Origin: Halobacteriota archaeon
Lineage (GTDB): Archaea; Halobacteriota; UBA148
Length of the DNA: 64,000 nucleotides
Reading direction: 5' to 3'
Assembly: GCA_042577985.1 (NCBI GenBank)
Contig: JBHPDI010000001.1
Coordinates: 2,334-66,333, forward strand
The notes under the pieces are model-generated. The model made no database searches. It was not told the DNA's origin and saw only the letters and a list, made by a program, of their open reading frames with translations. The first letter of the stretch is position 1, and every line of letters begins with the position of its first letter. Positions 57,789 to 64,000 of the stretch are shown one piece after another. The position numbers and the translations under genes were made by a program.

Positions 57789-60464
57789 TTGGGCAATAAA
57801 AAAAGAAAAAAGAAGTCTAGGGCGAAACCCAAAGCAGCGAAGAAAGAGGTACTAAAGATAACAAAAAGAGAAGCCGAGATCACACAGCTTCGCTCATCAC
57901 TAGAAAATTTTGAGAAGGAATATGAGCAAGGTAAGATCTCCAAGGCAGCATATGAAAAACTTAAGGCAGAGTATGAGGATGATGTTAAGAGGATTGAACA
58001 TATCTCATTTTTTGAGAAGATCCGGCAGAAAATATCGATTTATACCTTATTGTTAATCACCATAGTTTCTCTCGCTTTCTACATTAGGGCCGTTTTACCA
58101 TATGATAACGTGTTCCTTGAAGACATGGTTCGATTTGGTGGAAATGACCCTTGGTATCACATGCGTCTCATAGAAAACACTATTCGTAATTTTCCCAACA
58201 GGATTTTTTTCGACCCATACACTCAATTTCCAGTCGGCGAAGTTCTCCATTTTGGACCACTGTACGATCAAATGGTTTCTTTAATTGCCTTACTCGTTGG
58301 GTTGGGGTCGCCCAGTCTGCATACCATAGAGGTTATAGGAGCCTATTTCCCAGCAGTTCTAGGAGCATTGGTCGTTTTACCTGTCTACTTCATTGGGAAG
58401 GTAGTATTCGATAGGCGAGTAGGCCTGTTATCTGCACTTGTCGTTGCTATCCTGCCAGGACAATTCTTATCACGATCGCTCTTGGGATTCACAGATCACC
58501 ATGTTGCAGAGACACTTTTTAGCACTCTGACGATTTTGTTTTTCATGATAGCGATGAGAAGGGCAGAGGGTATAAAGTTCGAGCATGTATTGAAGAAAGA
58601 GTGGCATATCTTGAGGGCCCCGCTGGCGTATTCAATATTAGCCGGGCTTATGTTTGGGTGCTATCTGCTATGTTGGTATGGGGCTTTGTTGTTTGCATTC
58701 ATAATTGCCGTATTCGTCATCATTCAGCACATCATTGACTATCTACAGAACAAATCAACTGACTACCTGTGCATCGTTGGTGGAATCACATTTGTGATCC
58801 CACTGATAATTGTCGCACCAATTGTTATTCAAGGTCTTGGTCAGTATTCATGGTTACACATATTTTCATTCATTATAGGTATCTTGGCGTTTTTATTATT
58901 AAGCGGCATCCCCAAGGTAATGGGCAGTAAGGACATCGATCGGATTTATTATCCGGTGATTTTAATCGGAATTGGCTCGATAGGTGTAGCAAGCGTTTAT
59001 CTGATTAATCCCTCTCTTTTCCACTCGATGTTGAGCTCGTTTGGCATATTCTGGCCGGAGGGGGGCATATTAACCGTCGCAGAGGCGACATCGATCTTTT
59101 ATAGAGGCGGTCAGTTTTCCTTACAGTGGGTATGGGATAACTTTACGGCGTGCTTTTATGCTACTCTCATCGCTCTTTTGATGGTCGGATATAGAATCTT
59201 TAAAGAACGGAAGCCAGAGGACACATTGCTAGGGGTATGGAGCATCATCATGTTCCTTGCAATCGTTGGACAGAACAGGTTTGCATACTACTTCGTGGTG
59301 AATGTCGCAATTCTCTCTGGATATTTCGGCGTCAAAATGTTGGAATGGGGTGGCTTGGGTAAATTGTATGAGGACTTCCAAAGAAGGGTGAAGGACTCTA
59401 GCGATATTGGTTATTTCGTTTCCAGATATGTAAAACTAGTTCACATATTTGTCGTGGTACTGGTTGTTTTGATTCTCATATATCCTAATGTCAACATAAC
59501 GATGGGATCGGGCCCAGGTGCAGCAAGGTGGACTGGTGGGCCCAGTATGGACTGGTACTCTGCCTTGGACTGGATGAGATATAATACACCTGATCCTGGC
59601 CTTGACTATTATGAGCTCTACGAAGCACCTGCACATGGAGAGACATACCAATACCCCGAATCTGCCTACGGCGTGATGAGCTGGTGGGACTATGGTCACT
59701 GGATCACCAGAATAGCGCACAGGATACCGAATGCTAATCCATTTCAGTCAGGCATAGGCGGTCCCATAGGAAGTGATAATCCAGGAGCTTGCGTTTTTTT
59801 CATCTCAAAAACTGAAGCTGAAGCAAATGAAGTTGCCGACGAGCTTGGTGTGAAATACGTAATAAGTGACTTCATGATGGCTGACGTATGGAACGCATTT
59901 TATAACAAGTTTGGGGCGATGACCGTTTGGGCTGGCGATATTGAGGGATATTATGTACAAGTTAATGATACGGGGGAAGGACCCAGACTTATACCTAGCC
60001 CCAAATATTTCAGCACAATGGAAGCCAGATTGCACATATTTGATGGCACAGGAGTACAACTTAGTGAAGACATCTATCTGGAGCCTTTACATCATTATAG
60101 GCTTGTCCATGAGTCTCCTAGCACTATAATCTCTATAGGTGGGCAAGAAGTAAAGTTTGTCAAGATTTTTGAATATGTTCCTGGGGCGAAGATAGTTGGA
60201 AGTGCACCTGAAGGTACTAACGTTTTAATCAACGTTGAAATTCAGACCAATCAAGGTCGAACGTTCAGTTATACTCAAACTACAACTTCTAATGGAAGCT
60301 ATGAGTTCATAGTTCCGTACTCTACAGAGGGTCCTATGGTTGGTGGAACACAGTTTGGCACGATGCCAGTGGGACCATACACTATAATAATTGGAGATAT
60401 GATGGGGGAAGTTAGAGTCACAGAGGATCAAGTGATTACTGGAGAAACTATCCTGTTGACTTAG
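57789..60464 (+). CDS. aglB: Archaeal oligosaccharyltransferase with N-terminal cytoplasmic extension
   Basis: GNDPWYH, DHHVAE, TVAE, RFAYY, SWWDYGHWI, ANPFQ motifs. Confidence 0.96.
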   Translation: MGNKKRKKKSRAKPKAAKKEVLKITKREAEITQLRSSLENFEKEYEQGKISKAAYEKLKAEYEDDVKRIEHISFFEKIRQKISIYTLLLITIVSLAFYIRAVLPYDNVFLEDMVRFGGNDPWYHMRLIENTIRNFPNRIFFDPYTQFPVGEVLHFGPLYDQMVSLIALLVGLGSPSLHTIEVIGAYFPAVLGALVVLPVYFIGKVVFDRRVGLLSALVVAILPGQFLSRSLLGFTDHHVAETLFSTLTILFFMIAMRRAEGIKFEHVLKKEWHILRAPLAYSILAGLMFGCYLLCWYGALLFAFIIAVFVIIQHIIDYLQNKSTDYLCIVGGITFVIPLIIVAPIVIQGLGQYSWLHIFSFIIGILAFLLLSGIPKVMGSKDIDRIYYPVILIGIGSIGVASVYLINPSLFHSMLSSFGIFWPEGGILTVAEATSIFYRGGQFSLQWVWDNFTACFYATLIALLMVGYRIFKERKPEDTLLGVWSIIMFLAIVGQNRFAYYFVVNVAILSGYFGVKMLEWGGLGKLYEDFQRRVKDSSDIGYFVSRYVKLVHIFVVVLVVLILIYPNVNITMGSGPGAARWTGGPSMDWYSALDWMRYNTPDPGLDYYELYEAPAHGETYQYPESAYGVMSWWDYGHWITRIAHRIPNANPFQSGIGGPIGSDNPGACVFFISKTEAEANEVADELGVKYVISDFMMADVWNAFYNKFGAMTVWAGDIEGYYVQVNDTGEGPRLIPSPKYFSTMEARLHIFDGTGVQLSEDIYLEPLHHYRLVHESPSTIISIGGQEVKFVKIFEYVPGAKIVGSAPEGTNVLINVEIQTNQGRTFSYTQTTTSNGSYEFIVPYSTEGPMVGGTQFGTMPVGPYTIIIGDMMGEVRVTEDQVITGETILLT

Positions 60465-60803
60465 TTTGATTTATTTTTTTATATTATGCCTATTGTTATT
60501 CTATTCATTCTACGTATTTATTTATTCAGCACTTACCTTTTATTTTTTTTTAGATAATCCTCATTTTTGACAATATATCATTCAAAATATCTGAAATAGC
60601 CAGTCTTTTTAATGCAAAACATCTTGAAAGCTCAAAACACTCTTTGAATCAACAATTGTTGACGTATAATCCTTTTTAACATCTTGTTGATTGAGTTGAT
60701 AACTCAACGGGGGATTTTGATAATTAAATAGGCCAACTTGATAGAAAAACACACATAGCAAATCTTATATTAGGGTGATAGAAATGAGCAGTAAAGTGAA
60801 ATA

Positions 60804-61736
60804 ATGGAAAATCAAGACATTTTAGGTGAACGTCAAATGAGAGATAAAGTTTGCATCCTGATTCCAACACTCAACGAAGCAAATACAATAGGCGAAGTAG
60901 TCGAAGAGTTCAGTTCTATGGGATTTACAAACATCTTGGTGATTGATGGACATAGCACTGATGATACCATCAAAATAGCGAGGGAGAAGGGTGCTAAAGT
61001 TGTGACCCAGAAAGGAAAAGGCAAAGGTCAAGCTATTCAGCAATCATTTGATCTAATTGAGGAGGATATCATCGTGATGATCGACGGCGATGGGACTTAT
61101 CTTCCAGAAGAGGTGGATAGATTGCTAGCGCCGATCGAGAAAGGAACTGCTGATCATGTTATTGGAAACAGATTTGCAGAGCATAAGGGTGGGGCATTTA
61201 CAAAATTGAATCTATTCGGCAACCAAATTTTGAACAAATCATTTGGTCTTGCGTACGGTGCTTGGGTCACCGATATTTTGTCCGGATATAGGGCGTTCAC
61301 CAAGAAAGCAATCCAAGAATTAGAGCTGAATAAGACAGGATTTGAGACAGAGGCAGAGATCACCATAGAGAGCGTTAAAAAAGATTTGAGAATGGTGGAA
61401 GTGCCAATATCCTATTTATCTAGACATGAAAGAGCTGCAACAAAACTTCACCCTCTTAAGGATGGCTTTAGAATCGGAATCACCATATACAAGCTTACTA
61501 AAACGTACAATCCATTGTTATATTTTGGCCTGCTTGGGGCAGTTTTCATGGTGTTGGGCACTTGTGTAGGCTTCTACGTCGTACTAGAGTGGTTCAAAGG
61601 AATAACTCGCATTCCAATGACCATACTTGCCACTTTGCTGATCGTGATGGGTGTTCAAATGTTAATCTTCGGTCTTCTAAGTGATCTCCTCTCGTTATTC
61701 CACAAAGAATTGATGAGGGAGTTCAGAAGAAAGTAG
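60804..61736 (+). CDS. aglJ: Dolichol-phosphate glycosyltransferase AglJ-type GT2
   Basis: IPTLNEA, DGHSTD, GKGQA, DGDGTY, DILSGYRA, KLHPLKDG..I, two C-terminal TM helices; next to aglB. Confidence 0.85.
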   Translation: MENQDILGERQMRDKVCILIPTLNEANTIGEVVEEFSSMGFTNILVIDGHSTDDTIKIAREKGAKVVTQKGKGKGQAIQQSFDLIEEDIIVMIDGDGTYLPEEVDRLLAPIEKGTADHVIGNRFAEHKGGAFTKLNLFGNQILNKSFGLAYGAWVTDILSGYRAFTKKAIQELELNKTGFETEAEITIESVKKDLRMVEVPISYLSRHERAATKLHPLKDGFRIGITIYKLTKTYNPLLYFGLLGAVFMVLGTCVGFYVVLEWFKGITRIPMTILATLLIVMGVQMLIFGLLSDLLSLFHKELMREFRRK

Positions 61737-61864
61737 GTCGTAAAATTGCTCTTCTGAACCATATCCTCTTCCCTTTACACAAAAATAATCAAGAATTATA
61801 TTAGAATAGTTTTCATTCCGCAGGGCAAGCAAGTATGTATATTAAACATCATAACAATAATTAG

Positions 61865-63448
61865 TTGGGTGGAAAAAAATTGAAACTAGTTCCAGATACA
61901 AGTGTCATTATAGATGGGAGGATCACTGCTAAAATAGAAGAAGGCGAGTTCAAGGGAGCCAAAATTATCATCCCAGAGGCAGTTGTCACAGAACTTGAGG
62001 CACAGGCTAACAAAGGTAGAGATATTGGATTCAGTGGCTTGGAGGAACTCAAGAAATTAAACGAGATGGCAAAAGAAGGCAAGATCACATTAGAATACAC
62101 AGGCGAAACTCCCACGCTTGAGCAGATCAGGCTTGCATCTAGAGGAGCGATCGACGCTATAATCAGGGCTGTAGCTGTCCAGCACAAAGCCATTTTCATA
62201 ACGAGTGATATCGTACAGTCAGAGGTAGCTCGAGCAAAAGGACTGGAGGTTATATACCTCTATCCAGAGAAGGAAGAGTTGGGTACTCTTTCTATCCAGA
62301 ATTTCTTCACCGATGACACGATGTTCGTACTTTTAAAGGCCAGGATTTGCCCAATGGCAAAGAGAGGAACGGTCGGAAAGATGCGATTGGTTAAGATACG
62401 AGATCAACCTTGTACAGAAAAGGAGCTGCGTGACATATCGCATGAGATCCTAGAAAGAGCCAAGAGAGATCCAGATGGCTTTATCGAGCTTGAGAAGAGG
62501 GGAGCCACTATCGTCCAGCTTGGATCTATGAGGATAGCGATAGCTCGTCCGCCTTTCTCGGATGGCATGGAAATAACGGCGGTACGCCCTATTGCGAAAG
62601 TCACGCTAGATGACTATCGATTTTGTAATGAATTAAAAGCAAGGTTGGTTGAGGGGCAAAGAGGAATAGTTGTTGCTGGACCCCCTGGTACGGGAAAGTC
62701 TACTTTTGCCGCCTGTTTGGCAGAGTTTCTGCAAAAGAGCGGATATGTGGTGAAGACCATGGAATCCCCCAGAGATCTTCAGGTACCAGATGAGATCACG
62801 CAGTACGCTCCTCTGGAAAACGACATGGCTGCTACGGCAGATATACTTCTCCTTGTCAGACCGGACTATACAATCTATGACGAGGTGCGTAAGACATCCG
62901 ACTTTCGTGTATTTGGGGATATGCGACTAGCCGGTGTGGGAATGGTGGGGGTGGTTCATTCCAGCAGGGCAATAGACGCCGTGCAGCGATTGATAGGGAG
63001 AGTTGAGCTTGGTATCATCCCGCAGATAGTTGACACGGTTGTATTCATCGACAAGGGGGAAATAGCCAAGGTATATGACGTGACGTTCAAGGTGAAAGTG
63101 CCGCATGGAATGGTTGAGGAGGATTTGTCTCGCCCGGTTATAGAGGTGGTTGACTTTGAGTCAGGACGTACGGAATACGAGATATACTCCTACGGAGACC
63201 AAGTTGTGGTCATGCCTGTTGAGAATCCAAGCAAACCAGCTTGGTCTCTGGCAGAGAAGGAAATTCATAAAGTTATTAGCAAGTATTCACGTGGTAACAT
63301 AGATGTGTTGATGATATCGGACGGAAAAGCTATCGTCTATCTTGATGGACGGGATATTCCTAGGATCTTAGGCAAAGGTGGTAAGAATATAGATCGAATT
63401 GAAGGCATTCTTGGGATAAGCATAGATGTTTGCGAAAGGGAGGATTGA
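61865..63448 (+). CDS. PIN-domain ATPase with KH domain (PINA family); likely start TTG at 61880
   Basis: VPDTSVIIDG PIN N-terminus, Walker A GPPGTGKST, ESPRDL, DEVR, KH GKGG loop. Confidence 0.92.
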   Translation: MGGKKLKLVPDTSVIIDGRITAKIEEGEFKGAKIIIPEAVVTELEAQANKGRDIGFSGLEELKKLNEMAKEGKITLEYTGETPTLEQIRLASRGAIDAIIRAVAVQHKAIFITSDIVQSEVARAKGLEVIYLYPEKEELGTLSIQNFFTDDTMFVLLKARICPMAKRGTVGKMRLVKIRDQPCTEKELRDISHEILERAKRDPDGFIELEKRGATIVQLGSMRIAIARPPFSDGMEITAVRPIAKVTLDDYRFCNELKARLVEGQRGIVVAGPPGTGKSTFAACLAEFLQKSGYVVKTMESPRDLQVPDEITQYAPLENDMAATADILLLVRPDYTIYDEVRKTSDFRVFGDMRLAGVGMVGVVHSSRAIDAVQRLIGRVELGIIPQIVDTVVFIDKGEIAKVYDVTFKVKVPHGMVEEDLSRPVIEVVDFESGRTEYEIYSYGDQVVVMPVENPSKPAWSLAEKEIHKVISKYSRGNIDVLMISDGKAIVYLDGRDIPRILGKGGKNIDRIEGILGISIDVCERED

Positions 63449-64000
63449 AATAGAGAAAACAAATCACCATAAATTTTTCAGAGGATTTGTAGCGAAGAAT
63501 AAAACTATTGGTTGAGAAAGCCGATTATGTGTTCGAGAAAGAGGAGATCGTCTAACACATCAAGCCAGTCAGGTCTGTATTTTTCACATCTTATCAGGAT
63601 TCAAGCTTTTGAACACCTCCTATCCGAAAAGCTTCAAAAATATCTGAGAAATCTCCACTCTTTCTTGTGATCATTTCTAAATCATATTTCTAAATGAACT
63701 TTATATCGCAACTTTATAGCACCATATACGACTCTTAAATTCGTTGTCACTTCAATAGACGGAATTCTTTCAAGAATGTATTTTTGGTTTTATCAAAATC
63801 TTATCGCGTTTTAATATTATTTCTCCAGCAAATATTTTCTAGGGCGTTATTGTTTGCAGTCATCAGTATGTTTCTCCAAATATCGGTACCCTAGTCATAA
63901 ATCCTAAACGTATCCCATGTATAATCCTTCTCTATGGAGCAGTTTATTGAGGCTTGAGGTCAGGTCTAATTCTAGATTTTTCTGCTTGCTCGAAATAGTT

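Noticed and set aside
60691..60707. Hairpin TTGAGTT-GAT-AACTCAA between aglB and aglJ
   Set aside because: A 7-bp stem in AT-rich DNA is expected by chance; no function can be supported
2987..62604. Numerous antisense or alternate-frame ORFs (e.g. 2987-3676, 4023-4499, 9082-9486, 17998-18525, 37014-37778)
   Set aside because: Shadows of well-supported genes; no recognisable motifs
63556..64000. Possible degraded minus-strand gene at the window end
   Set aside because: Only short stop-interrupted frames with no identifiable family; needs downstream sequence

Overview
Archaeal chromosomal window; gene content and protein sequences resemble Methanomicrobia/Halobacteriota, but the exact lineage cannot be determined. 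Bases 1-2.5 kb hold the 3' half of 23S rRNA, an intron-containing tRNA-Cys(GCA), 5S rRNA and a type A RNase P RNA. Bases 2.5-12 kb are housekeeping: AMMECR1, a PiT/DUF47/PhoU phosphate module, pyrC, an unannotated three-hairpin H/ACA guide RNA, a Toprim protein, dnaG with a 33-bp coding repeat, rimI and UPF0146. Two small membrane ORFs there are bracketed by attC-like sequences. Bases 12.1-61.7 kb are a ~50-kb surface/N-glycosylation island ending in aglB-aglJ. It encodes UDP-GlcA/UDP-xylose, dTDP-3,6-dideoxyhexose-type, heptose (with its own transketolase and transaldolase) and C-/N-methylated amino-sugar pathways. It also has two B12-radical SAM enzymes, an FrhB-family protein, and polyprenyl-P-sugar/flippase/GT-C modules, including a flippase-methyltransferase fusion. 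A 24-kb, mostly minus-strand block of the island is bounded by a perfect 13-bp inverted repeat and is a candidate inversion. The window ends with a PIN-domain ATPase (PINA) whose C-terminus looks eroded. No CRISPR array, transposase or integrase was seen. All product calls come from motif recognition by eye; no searches were run.
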